A stretch of 63,989 nucleotides of DNA, filler included, from Basidioascus undulatus (lineage: Eukaryota), in the NCBI GenBank assembly GCA_000826855.1. It is 5 parts of 5 records of this genome, joined end to end, with 100 filler letters (N's around TTAATTAATTAA, not from the genome) between each part and the next. Parts side by side here need not be neighbours in the genome. Positions count along the whole stretch, not along the records: positions 17,582 to 46,766 come from JTLS01000135.1; 4 more parts are not named here. One strand, given 5' to 3'. This document shows, in pieces, positions 23,781-37,863 of this stretch. The stretch's first letter is position 1, and each line of letters begins with the position of its first letter. Below the pieces are notes generated by a model. That model did not search any database. It had not been told where the DNA came from and saw only the letters and a program-made list of their open reading frames with translations. The translations under genes and the position numbers were made by a program.

Positions 23781-25705
23781 TCACACGTCCTCTTTTGAAC
23801 CGTCCGCCGCCCCATTGACAACCTTCGGCACGCCTTCCTCCCCTCCGCTACCTGCGTAGCTCGAGCTCCTGCTCAGCTCCATGCTGACTTCCCGGCTCGG
23901 CACGCGCGAGTACGACCCCACGGCTGGCGAGCGCGTGCGCAGTGCCGCCGCGGCCGTCGCGTCCGTCAGCGCGCCCGCCGTGCCCTTCCGCAGGCGCGAC
24001 CAGCCGTCGGTGAGGTAGCCTTGCGAGGCTTCGGCGTCGATGCGGCGCAGACGCGTGCGGTGCGCGACGTAGAAGGGAACGGAGGTGTAGAGCATGCCTC
24101 CCTGTAAGGTTCCTCCGTGGATGCGTAAGTTTACCGCCACGAAGCGCTAAGACAAGAAGACACGCACCATGAGGTCGATCGCCCAGTGGTGGTGGAAGTA
24201 CATAGTACTCCAGCACTGTGAGGGGAACACATCACCGAGTCAGGACTGCGCAGGAGGCAGTGAAGGGACGACGGCGACATACCATCCAGGTCCAATAGAT
24301 GAGCGTGAAGATCAGCCCATGGACAGGCGAGTACCTGTTCGACTCGACCAGGTGAGCTAGAAATCGACCAGGAGTGGAAGCGTGCGATTGACCCACCTCG
24401 CCACGTACAGGCACGCGACAGTTGCAGTTGCGGCATGCAAGCTAGGAAACGCGCCGAAAACGACCTAAAGGCACTGGACTGTTAGTCTCACAGTCTCACA
24501 TTCGATCAGCCTTGGACCCAGCCTCGCACTCACGGGACTCTTTTTGAAGGTACCACCATACAGCTGCGGAGGAAATGGTAAGATGAGACGGCCTTTAATG
24601 TCAGGAGTGGAAGACGAGGACCAACGTGTGTGCCCAAGATGTCGTCCACCCGCACAAGGCCAGCAGGGTTGCCCGGGAAGTCATACGTAGGCGTAGGATA
24701 GGGCTTCTCGTAGACGTCGAAGAACCAGGGTGCTCTGTGGGAGATTGCCACGGTAAGTAGGGAACGGAGACGAGCGAGCGCTGCGGTCGTACGCGTTGGG
24801 GAATCTGTTGGAATTGATGAGCAGAGGTTCGAAAGGATCTGGCACACAGAGGAGAAACGTACACCAAATGAGTGGAGAGCCCACAAAGGTTCTGCACCCC
24901 AAGAGTGATGCCGTAGGTCTGTGCGACGCCGGACCTGGTCCCTCGCACGTGTCAGGAACCCCCCTCCACGCCGTCGGCAACGCGAAGCTTATTGCAGTGG
25001 CTGAAAAGAAGCTTACGGCGCAAAGAACCACAACCACCAGCCCATCAAGAACGGGCTTGCAAAGTGGAGCGCGCCGTAGGTGACCCATCCTGCCACGTCG
25101 AGGAACGGCGTCGGGTCGACGATGGCGTAGTGGTGCTGGATCGCGAAGCTGAGGGGGATCGAGAGGAGGATGGCGGGGTACAGGTAGCAGGGCTTTTGAG
25201 AGGGGGAGGAGGGAAGGTAGAGCCGGTACGCGAAGGGGAGGAGGAGGACCGTGAAGAGGATCAGGCCGAGAGGGGAGAGGACGAAGAGATCGAGGGCGGG
25301 CATAATGTAAAGGTTGATGGCTGATGGAAGCTTGTCAGACTCTGCGATCTCGGGAGGTAGAGGTTATTCGACGCGTACGTGGTCGGATGCTATCAGGAAT
25401 ATGCCGAGCCTAGAGATGAACATGGGTGTGTGAGCTTCCAGGATTACTCTTCCAGCGGGCACCTGCGCGTCGGTGCTTCTCGCCGTCCAGGCAGCCCAGC
25501 GCCCTTGCTGCCGACCCGTTCCCGATAATATGCAAGGTCTCACCTGCTTGAAGCTCAGCGTCCAGATCACCGGGAGCGCCAGACCGGCGAGGAGGCGCTT
25601 GAGCAGATCGAGCGGCCCGCGACCATTGAGGAGGGCATCAAGGGCGCGAATGATAATGAACTGGAGGCCGCGCAAGACCGCAAAGAGCGGGCGGGGGGAG
25701 ACCAT
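23781..25705 (-). CDS. Aur1/Ipt1-family inositolphosphoceramide synthase-like PAP2 membrane protein
   Basis: YGALHFASPF, FPNA|APW, PGNPAGLVRVD, VVFGAFPSLHA, WSTMYFHHHWAIDL; multiple hydrophobic segments. Confidence 0.9.
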
Positions 25706-27170
25706 CGCACGCGCTTCTGGCGGCGCTGCGGTGAGTCCTGAGGGTGAGAAGCCCGAACGAAAGAAAGAGAGCGTGGAGATGGGATGAGAGGAGACTTGCG
25801 GTCGCGGACTGACAGCCAAGCTCGCGTGACAAGGCGCGGCGCAGACTGTCCCGCAACTCTCTGGTCGTGCGCACACAGATTTCCTTTGTTTTTGGCTATA
25901 ACTCTCGCCCACAGCATACTTTATGTGTATTTTCAAAGCTTTTTATAGGTTCTGTTGAGACTCTCTCTGTGCTGTCGAGTCAGAAATGGCAAGGAAAGGA
26001 GTGGCAGACAATGAAAGTCAGGGCGGCCAGCCCGCGGGCCCCGTTGACGCGAAGGCGGGGCCCGCCGTGCAGGTCGGACAGCAGCCAGCTGGCCGCGACG
26101 CTGTGAAAGAGAGGACTTGTTGTCTGTTTCTCTGTTTTCATACACCGAGATACTTTACTTTAGGACACATCCAGCCCATCCCATCCACCCCGACGCAGAA
26201 GTCCACTCGTCTAAGCTCACCGCCTGAAGCGATGCACCGCCTGAAGTGACCGCCTCCGACGATCCCACGGCGCGGCGGCCGGACTGATCGGCTCGGCTTT
26301 GGCCTGCTCAGCTTCTGCGAAGCGAATAATGGCAAGGCCGGACCATCACCGAGCGATCACCGAGCCTCCAAGCTCGACCACTTCAACGTGTCGACTTTCC
26401 ATTTCATTCGCTGTTCAATGAGTCGAGCCTGGTCACTGTAAACAGGGACACTCTGTGCTTACATACGAGTGAAAGAGCGCGGACGAGGTTGCTTTTGCTC
26501 TGCCATCAGGCGCGGTCAAAGCAAGTGCGAGGCGATGAATGCAACGGTGCGCAGCGCTTCCCGCAGCGCCTTCGGATCCACAGCTTCAATCGAGCATAGC
26601 AGACTGTTCTAGAACAGGACGACTGATGAAAACCCCGACCGATGGAAACAATAATCAAAATGTCAATACTGTATTACGGCCGCAGCGAATACACGACCGT
26701 GTCCTGGGACGCTGCAGCCCACGTGCCTGTGTTGAAGCCCGTCGTGCCAGCTGCGGGAGAGGGGCCAAAGTCTGCAGTTTGCAGCTGTTTGGAAATGCGA
26801 TTAAGTAGTAAGGCCGCTGTTGGGTAGGCGAACATTGCCTGCATGAGATGGGTTCCCCCTGGGAAGCGTGGTGAATGGGACTGCGTTGGGTGTGAAAGGT
26901 AACACGCGTTGTTTCTTTCGAGATCACGACAGCGTGTCGAATTAATAATTTATTCAAACCGAGAGCATGCTAATACAAGTAGAACAACGTAGATATGCGA
27001 AGAATTGCGTGCCACACACGTTCAGAAGCAGAAGCGGCAAACCCAAGAGGAGCCAACGAAGAGACAGCGTGCCACAGCGACATGGATTTTCCGACGAACT
27101 ACAGACATTCTAATCCAGCTCAATCTCCCTCACCACATTCGGGTAGTCCTCGTCCATCCCAGCGTAGATC

Positions 27171-28920
27171 CTACGCGGGCCTCAACATCTCGCAGCCGAA
27201 AGCACTCGCGCCCCATCCCACTGTACTGCAATCGCGGTGCATGCCTCTCAAGCGCGTACGCGAGCGCTTCCGGGAGCTCCCTTCCGGAACGAAGGCCGAA
27301 CATGCGGGATACTGGTTGAGGTAATTGGCGATGAGATCGAGCTGCAGATGGGGCGGTGGACAGGGCGTCAGTTCAGGACGGGTAACAGTAGTGGGGCGTG
27401 AAGAGTGCGTGAAGAGAGGTCTGAGAAAGGATAGAGAGAGAGAGGTAGAAGGGAGAAGACGAGCGACGAAGGGACGAAGACGTACGAAAAAGTCACTCGT
27501 GTCTTCCAACTCCATGCCGCCAAGGAGCGGACACCGCAGATTAGGGAAAGACCAAGGAAACGCCGCGTTATTGATATTGATGAAGAACGTGGCCATAAAG
27601 AGGTATTCGAGTGACGACAAGCCGGCAAGGGCCTTCCGGAAAGTCTGGCGACCAAAGAGCCCAGGAGAACTGCTCAGTGATTCTCCATCGTCAAGCACGG
27701 ACGGGTCGAGCAACCTGATATCGTCTACGCCGATTGCGACTCTCGAGAGATCTTGCTGTCGGCGAAGAAACGAGGAGAGCGCGGCGACGGCGCATGTTGC
27801 GCCGGTGATGGTGAGAACGTCGGCCGCGTTGATCATGACTCGAGCGGACCGGAGATGAGAGAAAGCTTGGCACTCGTGGAAAGTGCGGACAGTAAAGAGG
27901 AGTTCGCGCCTTTGATGGTGATCTCGACGAGGAGGTCGCCAGGAGAATGCGGCAGGGGATAGCTCGGAAAGACGTGTGAGAGATTGGCCGTGGTCAAGGG
28001 GAGTCGAGCGAGGTGAAGTTTTCGAAGCTGGGAGAGATCGAACGAGACAAGGAGGCTCGGTTGTGGTATATCGATAGACGGAAGCGAATCGGCGGCTTCG
28101 TCTAAGCGCGCATGAGCGTCCAGTGACTCGACGAGGGCGACGTCTTTTATTGAGATGTTGATCAAAGCAAAGGACGAGAGGGCCGTGTCGAGAAGAAGCG
28201 GCGGTGAGGAGGGCATGAACGACGTGAGCTCGACGTCTGAGAGGTAAAGTTGCTCAAGTGAACGAGCAGAGCGGAGGTCGAGCGGAGACTCGAAGGCAGC
28301 GTTCCTGCAACGGTCCTGAGCGTCAAGGGGTAAACAGAGGAAGAGTGTCTTCGATCAACGCATGTTACCGTAGGGTCTTCAGCGTCAGAAAGTGGTGTTG
28401 AAGTTCGCTGAGGGCGCCTTGAGGAAGGGGAGGATCGTCCCGAAAACACCCGCCAGCCCAGTCTAGCTTGATTCAGCTTGCCGAGGAGATCGCAGACATC
28501 TGCGGAACCACAATCAGATGCTCGAATACAGTCGAAGCACACACCCTCGTGCTGGATGCCGTACAGCCCTATCTGCTCCTCCCTCTCGTGTCCACCCTGA
28601 TCGCCGCCAGACTGGCGGATCAACGTAAAGTGCGCCTCGCGGACCGCCCTCCGCAGCGTGTCTTCGTGGCGGTACAGCGACAGCCGTCGCGCCGCCTTCT
28701 CCCCATCTCCCGAGCCGGACGCGTTGATGTCCAGGCGCCGGAGGATGCATGCGAATGCGGCGGCGTGCATGAAACGCGCGCAGGTGCAGGGGCCACGCTC
28801 AGCCAGGCACGAAAGTCCTCCGGCTCGACAACCAGCGACGCGATTCGGTGCCAGATCTCCTGCGGAAGTTGGTCGGGCACGGTATGTTGGTCGGGCACGG
28901 TCTGGCAAAGATGGGCAATG
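27171..28920 (-). pseudogene. F-box/LRR-like gene broken by frameshifts
   Basis: DQLPQEIWHRIASLV F-box-like start; coding-like blocks switch frame without splice signals near 28790 and 27835; LxxLxL repeats. Confidence 0.55.
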
Positions 28921-29310
28921 CGGGTAACGAAAATACGATCGGTGGATGGTAGATGGTGAGAGAAAGTGGGAAGGAGATCCAAGGAGGCGGCGGGTCGGAT
29001 GCAGGTGACGCAAGCCAACGCTATCTGATACGACTTCGATACGACTGAATGTTCGCGGGATCCATGTTGAAAAACCGCGATTCCTGAAAATGCAACAGGA
29101 TACCGACGACGCATCTGGACGCCGGCGACAGTGCGACGGGTCAGCGTGCTCTCCTCACTGTGAGGGCGACACACAACAGACAACAGGCAAATGTGCCACG
29201 ATGATGATGTAATTTAGTCAACAAATCAAAAATAACACATCAAGGCCTCGAGAAGTTAAGCCGAACAAAGACGAGAGCACGACAGGGAACGAAGGCGAGA
29301 GAGTCGAACG

Positions 29311-31003
29311 CTACTGGCTCTCTCCGTCGCCGCCCCAGAATCGCGAAAAGAGCCTAGTGATGCTCGAGAAAGAACCGCCGCCTGCCGCGCGAGCGGGTAA
29401 GGGCGCGATCTTGCGCTCCTGCGAGGGCGGCGGCGAGGGGAGCGCGTCGGCGTCGACATCAACGCGCGGACGCTTGCTAGGCCCGGGCGTGTCCAGATCG
29501 TTCCGCTCGAGGTCGCCATCGACCTCGGTATCGGGTGAGGCGTGCGGGCGCGAAGATGGGGCGGACGTAGGCGTAGGAGAGGGGAGCGCGGAGCGGGCAG
29601 GAGCGGAGGAGGAGGGAGGAGGCAAGTCGAGGATGGCACAGACCTCCTCGAGGACGTCCACCTCGCCATCTTCAGCGTCGAGCCTGCCCGTATCTTTCAA
29701 AGTCCTCCACTCTCGCATCAACTTCCCGACTTTGTCCAGCTTCGCCCTCGCCCTCTTCTCCCGATCCACCTCCACGCGCGCGCGTGCAAGCGCCTCCCGC
29801 TTCTCGTCATACTTGCTCAAGAGTAGCTTGTGCGCGTCGCGAGCATCGGCGGCTTTGTTCCTGTAAGCGTCTGCTCGATCGAGTGCTGCGTCGAGCTTGT
29901 CCTTGGTCGAAGCGAGGCTGTCCTCGACCCTGCGAAGCTTTCCGCGGAGCGAGGCGGCCTCGTCCTGCGCGCGCTTCGCCTCGTCCGAAGAGCGCTTCGC
30001 TGCGGCCTGCGCAGCGAGCTCGAATGCTGTCGGCGAGTTCGAAGAGCTGGCGGCCGCAGTAGGGCGCGTTGGAGAGTCCGAAGAGGCAGAGTGAGTCTGC
30101 GAGTTGGAGTTCGAAGGAGGAGGCGCGAAGCGATCGAAAGAGGAGTGCGACTGGGGCGGCGGCGGCGGCATGTGTGGCTGCATGTGGAAGTCGTGCGGCA
30201 TGACTACGTCATGCTGAGGGAAGGGTGGAAAGCTGCCCCATGGCATGGCCGGAGCCATGTTCATATGCGGGTCGTAGAGGATCGGACCAGCCGGACCACC
30301 CCACGTGGACGCGGGGGACTGTGGAGGAGGAGGAGGGGGAGGAGGAAGCGCCTGAGGCTGCAAGGGCGAGTATTCGACGGGCGGCGGGCGAGCCTGCTGT
30401 TGCTTAGCCTTGGCCATCTGCAGACCGGTGATGCGCCGGTTCTCCTCAACAACCAGCTCGATCATGCTGGGGGTGGCTTGTCGCGCGTGGACCGGCATGC
30501 CGCCCCAGTGCGGGGTCCGCCCGTTGAAGCGAGCGATAGCGAGCGCGACGCTCGAGCGCGAGGCGAAGCATACGAGCGCGCGAGTCGTGTGGTCCGGATG
30601 AACCTACGTCAGTGCCCCGGAGATGAGGACGTGAATGTACTGAAAGATGATATGGCATGCTCACCCCATGCGCGAATTTGATGGTCTCACTGTCTCCCGA
30701 TCCACCTCGATTATGACCGGCACATTCAACCGAGGCACGAGACAGGACGTACACTTTTCCCAGCTTCTCACACTCTGTCTTCAGCGTCGCCCGTGTCGTC
30801 TCCTTGACCATGTTCGAGAATAGGACTGTACACTCGGGCACGAGTCCAGTGGCAATATGCGCCGGAGCGACCACTGACCCGGGCGCTTGCGCGGCCGCGT
30901 CCGAGGCGGAAGTGGGCGAAGCTGCGGAGTGGCTGGACGGAGGAGCATCATGCTGCTGACGATGATCTGATAGTGGGATGAAAATCAGAGATGCACTCCT
31001 CAT
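29311..31003 (-). CDS. Degenerate RRM + Pro-rich + coiled-coil protein
   Basis: TVLFSNMVKETTRATLKTECEKLGK..RLARVCFASRSSVALAIARFNG (RRM-like), then poly-Pro and a heptad coiled coil in the 395-aa last-exon ORF. Start uncertain. Confidence 0.7.
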
Positions 31004-33305
31004 GACGTTGACCTTGACGTACAGTAATTTGCCGGATCAGGGTGAGGCGAGAGGTGGTAAGTGGATGGGCTCGGAGAGGCAGCCGAAGCCGAATGGAGCG
31101 AGGCCTTGGAGACTTCGTCTAATCCGACCAAGTTTCAACTCTTTCGGCATCAGCGAACCCTTATACACACCATGCACGAAGAAAGCCCACCTCTAGGGTT
31201 CTCGTGAGAGTGAGATTGGCTCATGACGACGCGCGTACGATGCGATGGCGCGGGATAGCCGATCGAAAGGAACAGAGGAGTCCAAGAGGGACGAAGGAAT
31301 CTGCGGAAGTGTGAGCACCAACTAGGTGCGTAAGGTGGCAAGCAAGAAAGCAAGAGGTCAACGAGATGATGGTGAGAGGTCAAGGAATGTGCTCGCTGCT
31401 TTGGGATCGGCGACGGTTCGTACCTCCTCGCACCTCCGCTATGAAATGCACCCGGAGCATTTCGCGAAAGCTGGTCCTCGCAGCATCATGATTCCCCTCT
31501 CATCATCTCAACTTCAGCAGCAGCCTGGAATTGTGAGGGGAAAATGCATGATTGAGAGATATATTTGGACATGAAAACCAACCTCCCGTTGCGAACGGTC
31601 CATGAACGAAGTTGCTTGTCGTGAAGTAGAACTTGTTTTGGACTGTTCACTGGACACATCGTTTGTGCCTCGCAAAGGTCGCTCTAGTCAGGCCTGGGCA
31701 TTCAAATAACTCATTGGAAGTAGTTGACTTGGTGATGTCTCAACCCTATATGACTTCTGGGTCTGGAGTCTGAGCACATTCGCTGCTGGTGGTTGGCTGC
31801 CCGCAGTGCGGGCGACTCATAAAAGGCCAGCCACCACTCTGAGATATTGGCGCGCTAAGAATCCGTTGATATGGTCTCTTTCCTTAACTATCGGCTCATA
31901 GCCCGCGCGTGGGCCCACACGAACGGGCCACTGAGCTTGCGTCTGAAGCCTGCAGCCCAGCGTTTCTGCAGGAGTCGGCTTCCTGCCTTTCTCGACCTGC
32001 AATGCTTGAGTTCGGGTACTAAACTTTCAGTGTTCCCCGGTAACCCCAGTAGTCAGTATTTTGCGGATCCCAAACACCCTTCCCGGCGATGCGCAGCGCT
32101 ACCTGCGTGGCCCGGGGCTGATAAGCTCGACAGAAACCTGCATACGACGCGAACGTGAAATCATTGGGGATATAAGGTAAAGTCGAGCTGGGAGATTTTT
32201 ATCTCTGTTATCGCAATCTATAGAGGGTCTAAGGGAAAGAAGCGTTCTGAAGCTGAGCATGTTGAATGACATCCATTTGCGACTCGGAGGTTGCGGACGT
32301 TTGTACTTAGAGCATCTCACGAAGTCCCCTCTCTTTCAAGCTGAATCCATATGATTACACAGTTGGACAGATACAACGTTATTGTCTCCCTCAGAAGACC
32401 CAGTCTGAGGTGGATCTATGGGACCTACAACTGTGGAAACAGCGCAGTACACCCCGATCGGACACAATATCTCGAGTGTGGTTATACGGACCTGATAGAC
32501 TACCATCAAACTTCACATGGATTCATCTGCATTGACGCTGTGTTAACACGCGACCCAGTAACCGGTACAGTTATTGAGCTCAGAGAGGGAGGGGAGAGTT
32601 CAGGCTGAAATGAGGGCTGCGGAGGCGGTGCTGGAGTCCGAGGCAAGGGGAAGACGAATCGAGGCGCTGGAAGATCAACTGAGGGCGGCGCGTGAGAGGA
32701 TTGCGGAGCTGGAGGGTCGGTGCAAGGAGAAGGAGTACGGGCTGCGTAGTATCAGAGCGCGGGTTGTCATGGTCTGTTTGTTTTCCTCGTAGGCCTATGT
32801 TTTGCTGGAAGAGGGGAGGCGAGCATGCCCGCTCGCATTCGCAGCTGACTATCGCCGCCATCGGGTGCGTGACGACAGGAAGGATTCTCCCATGTTGACC
32901 GTTTCTCTTGAAAAGATAGCTAGAAAGTCTTGCAGTTACGTTCAGCTGCATTCTCATCTGCAGTCGTCGCAGCAGGATCAACGAGTTTGAGCACATTTGA
33001 TCGACATATAGGCCTTTCCTGCTGCTGCATATTATACTGACCGTTTTCTTTCCTTTCATTACCAGGTTCATGTTCCTGAGAGATTATATTACTATATCTC
33101 AATTTTTGAAAGCTGTAGACTGCGTCCTCTTCGTAATGGAGCACAAGATATCAGCCTCATCAGATTCACTTCGTAAAGGCGTGCCTCCACAGCGCTCGGC
33201 GAAACCCGGTAGGGGATTCTTACCGCACCCTGCTGCACCCTGCCCTTCGGCCTTCTCAGACGCCTCTGCTCACTTGGCCAACAACCTCTACCATATCCGC
33301 CAACC

Positions 33306-34836
33306 ATGGGCAAACACCACTTCTTCGTCGGCACCTTCCGGTCGCCCGTGCTCTACACGTTCGAGTTTGACGACGCGGCGGGCAAGCTCTCGATCGCGCA
33401 CGAGAACAAGGCGACTGGGGGACACTCCTGGCTCGCTTTCAACGTGAGTTCAGTCCCCTTCAAGTCTCTGATATCTCCCTCTGAATTCCCTGCATTCCTC
33501 TTACAGGACAATAAGACGAACCTGTACACCACGGTCTGGACGACTCCCCCCACGCTCGCCTCGTACAAGATCAACCCCCCGAGCGCCGAGCGCCCGTACC
33601 CGACGGTCACGCACCTAAACTCGGTGGAAACCGTCGCGCGCTCAGGCTATGTCTGCGCGGGCCCGCACGCCGTCTACTCCTCGGGCGGGCCGTCGGGCGA
33701 CACCGTCGCCCTCGACAAGGAGACGGGCGCGTACAAGGACATCGTCCAGACTGTGAGCTATGTGGAGGATGCGAGCACGCAGTCGAAGAAGGACGGAGAG
33801 GGCGGGACGGTTCTGGACTTCGGTGGGCTCAGGCACGGCGGTCATGTACGTCCCCCTTCCCTGGTTCTTCCTTAATTCTAGCTGCGATGAAGCTCACGCC
33901 TTCTCCTGAGCAGTCCGCCGACCTGTCCCCGGACGGCTCGAAGCTCTACGTAGCCGACATGTACGTCTACCTTCTCCAGTCTCATTTCGGCTGATCAACT
34001 CAAATGTATTGTTCCCTAGCGGCCGGAACTGCATCTGGGTTTACCACGTCGACCCCGAGACCGGCCTCCTCACGCTCGCTTCCAAGTCCCTCGCGACGCG
34101 TGCGCACGACGGTCCACGCCACGCTTGGCCTCACCCGAACGGGAAGGTCGTCTACTCGCTGCAGGAGCACTCGTCGGTGCGTTGTGCATTACGATGATAC
34201 ATCGGAAACCCTTTGACATTCGCGGTGCCTTGCAGATGGTGGATGTCTTCGAGCACGACGGCCCGGACCTCAAGTTCGTCGACGGCACATCGATCATCCC
34301 CTCTCGTGCGTCTGTCCATTCTTCCAGCCTGAAGTGCTGCTTCTTACCAACACCCTTCTTACAACAGACACCAAGTACTCCGACTTCTGGGCCGATGGCA
34401 AGCCCCTTCCTCCCGCCCTTTTCCCTTCCCTTTCCCTCGCTGACCCTCCCTGCCCACTACTGCAGAGGTCCGCCTCTCCCCCTCCTCCAACACCCTCTTC
34501 GCCTCCACCCGCGGCCTTGAGCCGCACACGAAGGGCTACGTCTCGGCGTTCTCGCTCCTCCCCTCTGGGCACCTCGCCTCGACGACCCCTCTGGCGTTGT
34601 ACGAGACGTCGACGTCTGGCGGGTGGGCGAACGCGATCCAGCCTGCGCCGTTCACGGGGCCGAACGGGGAGGTCTGGCTCGCGCTGACGGACAGCGAGGA
34701 GGGCTGGGTCGCGATCCTCAAGTGGGATGGCGAGGCGAAGGAGGGCGGGAAGGGCCAGTTTGTGGAGGTTGACAGGGTCGTGCTCGGGAAGGGCGACGGC
34801 GAGATCGGCGCGGCGACCACGGTCTGGTATGACTAG
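33306..34836 (+). CDS. Lactonase family beta-propeller, carboxy-cis,cis-muconate cyclase-like
   Basis: HHFFVGTF, GGHSWL, GGLRHGGH|SADLSPDG, GRNCIW, DGPRHAWPHPNG..YSLQEHSS, FWADEVRLS, TSGGWANAI; GC-AG intron 34398-34465. Confidence 0.9.
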
Positions 34837-35411
34837 ATTGAAAGACGGATTAGGCATGGACTGAGCGTATCGAAGAGTGGGGAATATCGCATTGCAATGC
34901 ATGGACATGGAAGCATCTCCCTTGTGACGCTTTTCAACATGCCCCACCGTCATGTCTGCCTGTGTACAAGCTCGTGGTCCGGCCCGGGTCCAAGCGCCAT
35001 TGACAAATTGCTCACTGTCGAGATTACGTCTCTTGCGTAACGTATTCGACGGTTCCTGCCTCTTCTTCACAGCTGCTCTCGACTGGTCCACGGGCTCACT
35101 CAACAGGCCCTCGAGACGCAGCTTTCCCTCCCAGCTGAAGCTCTGTCGCTATCACTGGAAAAGTTTGCCCGGGTCTCCGCTTGGCGACAGTAACTTGAAA
35201 GACTAGTACCGAATGATGTCTCTTAAATCAGTGTCGTCTTGTTAGGGGTGTCTATCTCGCGTCTGTAGCCACTTCGCTGTGATGCGAGCACTCATTATCC
35301 TGTCCCTTGTGACGCAAGATAGCATCGGGCGTCTTTCTTGCACGATACAGAGATGTTGTTTTCGCGACTACACAATGGCATGTGCAGCCTATCCCAATAT
35401 CCCATACTATT

Positions 35412-36223
35412 CTAACTTCCATCCCTCACGCCCTGTGCAAACGACGGAGCCACCGCTGTCTCGCTCCCACTCCCCTCCGTGAACCCCAACTGATGCAGAC
35501 GACTTTGAAATCGCCTACCTTGACCCCATGTAACCCCTGTTCTAACACGTTTGCGAAACGGTGGCGTTGGGGCTCCGATTACGCCTTTGTTGAGGCCCAA
35601 CACGATCTTCTTAAAAGGGCTTCCCACAGGTTGGCGATCCAAAGAGTCGCCTATGCGCTCGATGCGGGTGCGTTCCGTGATGGAGTCACCTATGAACAGG
35701 CTTTCGAGCCCAGTGAAGCGGAGGAGTGGTCATTGGACCCAAACACTTCGAAGTTGTACCCCAATAGAGCGAGACGCCGGGCATTCAAGAAATTGAGGAG
35801 ATGACGAACGAAAGGCGTGAGTGCAACGAGCTCGTGCAGTGGTGCCCGACGCGGAATAGGGTCGCCCAAGGGACACCAGATGCATGAGAACCGGCCTTCA
35901 TGGAAGCGCTGGAGAGAGGTCATCCGCTCACACACCTCCGTGGCATCTTCAGAAACGTTGAAGTCCTCGGACAAGTTGTCGGGGAGTGCGAACGAGCGGG
36001 TGTGAGCGAGGAGTGCCGGGCAGGCGGCGGCTGTGCGCGCGAGACGCGAAAGCTGAACGTCGAACGACAGGGCGATCGACGAGTATAGAACGGGCGTGAC
36101 GAGCTTGTTGTATGTGCGCGAGACGAGGCAGAGCGAGCGGAGCTCGGACAAGTCCGCTGCAGTGGTTGCGTCTACAAGCTGCTCCATGGTGAGCCGATGG
36201 ATGTCGAAGTGCAGCTGGTACAA
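35412..36223 (-). pseudogene. F-box-like hypothetical gene, probably disrupted
   Basis: ELRSLCLVSRTYNKLVTPVLYSSIAL motif; the ORF stops at 35690 with coding-like sequence continuing beyond it. Confidence 0.45.
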
Positions 36224-36782
36224 GGCATGGTCATCTGAGTAGGCGGGGGCTTAGACGTGGGTGAGCGCGAATGGCAAGAGGCTGAGAAGTAATGAGAAGC
36301 GATAAGTGGGCATGCGGAAGTCGGAATGCAGAGAAAGAATGGAGCACCGCAGCGGCCCGGGACATCATACCCTCGTGGAACCTTCGGGCGTCTATTCCAC
36401 ATAAAATATTTGAATGACGAATAAAGATGGGCAGTTTTTAGGGCAGACCTTCGCCGCAATGATTGTCGGGTAGCCTGCCCGTGATATTGGCAGGTCGATT
36501 CGACCTTGTTCTTACTATGCATCTGTGTTTTCTCCACGAAATAAGACACTTAGTGACGGGATAGCGACGGGCTGCCACATTGTGGGCCGACAGGACAATA
36601 TGATAAATCGTTTGGAGCCATACCCCGCTGGCGGAGCTGGCGTCTGCATGATTACGCTGTCGCGGTCGTTCCTTGCCAGCAAGTTGCCACGTCGGCCTTC
36701 TCACTCCGCTTACCCTCACCCTGCATTTTCACCACATACCCACTTTTCAGAGTTTCCCTCTATCCAAAACATTTGAACAACC

Positions 36783-37863
36783 ATGACCGCACTCTATGAT
36801 CCTGCCGACGAAGTGCTCATCCAGATCGTATCCCACCTCTCGGACAGGACCCAGGACCTCGCGAGCGTTTTGCTCGCTGGCTCTCAGCGCCTTCGCACGA
36901 TCGCCGAGCAGATACTATATAGAAGCATCAAGCTCAAAGGACACTCTATTTTACTTTTGGTTCGTTCGATCAACGCTCGCCTACCGCTGGGGCAGCTCGT
37001 ACGTCGGCTGGACATTGAGTGTGTCAACTTCAACCGTTACTCCGGATCGCAGCACGACGGCTCACGTCATATCTCTGCTCGATACCGTTCCAAATTTGAG
37101 GGTAATTTATGTCGCTCCGCCATACGATGCCGACTCCTTCTTCGCGGTCAATTTTCCTCCGCCTCGCAGGGCGAACGCGCCCCTCCGAGCCTGCTGAATA
37201 TCCGTGAGCTCTCTCTAGCATGGCGGGACAGGAACGACGCGCTCGCGCTCGATCAGGCCGCCCCATGCTTCATGCTTCCTTTGCTTCGAAAGTTTTCGGT
37301 GTACAGGCGCAAGCTGGAGAAACGGTTGATTTCTCCACGAGCTGCAGGCGGTACTCGACGCGCGAGGCAAGTCGACCGTCACCGACCTCGCATTGCTCAT
37401 AGCTTAACTTCTAGTCGTACGATCCCTGACTCGCCTCAGGTGGCACGGTACTTGGTGTGGGCAGTGTGTCAATCCCACGGCCCTTCAAGCGGGACTGACT
37501 CTCCGCGACACCCTTATGCATCTCGAACTCACTCAATTCTTGAGTGATCTGGACTCATTTCTCGAGGACTTTACCAACTTGAGGCACCTTGTCTTGTCAA
37601 TGAACTTTCTGGTTCCCTTACTCACATGGTGGGGCGACACGCCACCGCCTCTTCATCAGCATTTGAATGCCTTCCCACCACGGATGATCTCCTTTGCGCT
37701 CACGCATAATTTCCCCCTCGAACTTGCCATTGGGCAGTTGCTTGACCTGCTCGGAAATAAATCCGCCTTAGTTCCAGAGCTCGAGAGGCTTATTTTACTC
37801 CACTTTAACCCATTTTTTGAGGATAACGTGACAAAGGAGGGCGTCCTCGGCCAGCTGCGATAG
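36783..37863 (+). pseudogene. F-box/LRR-like gene with frameshifts
   Basis: DEVLIQIVSHL..LRTIAEQILYRSI; the LLDTVPNLRVIY segment lies in another frame (36796 ORF), and the C-terminal part in ORF 37516-37863. Confidence 0.6.

Noticed and set aside
31800..33150. Short ORFs including a coiled-coil fragment (32574-32792)
   Set aside because: No coherent gene model or family recognised.
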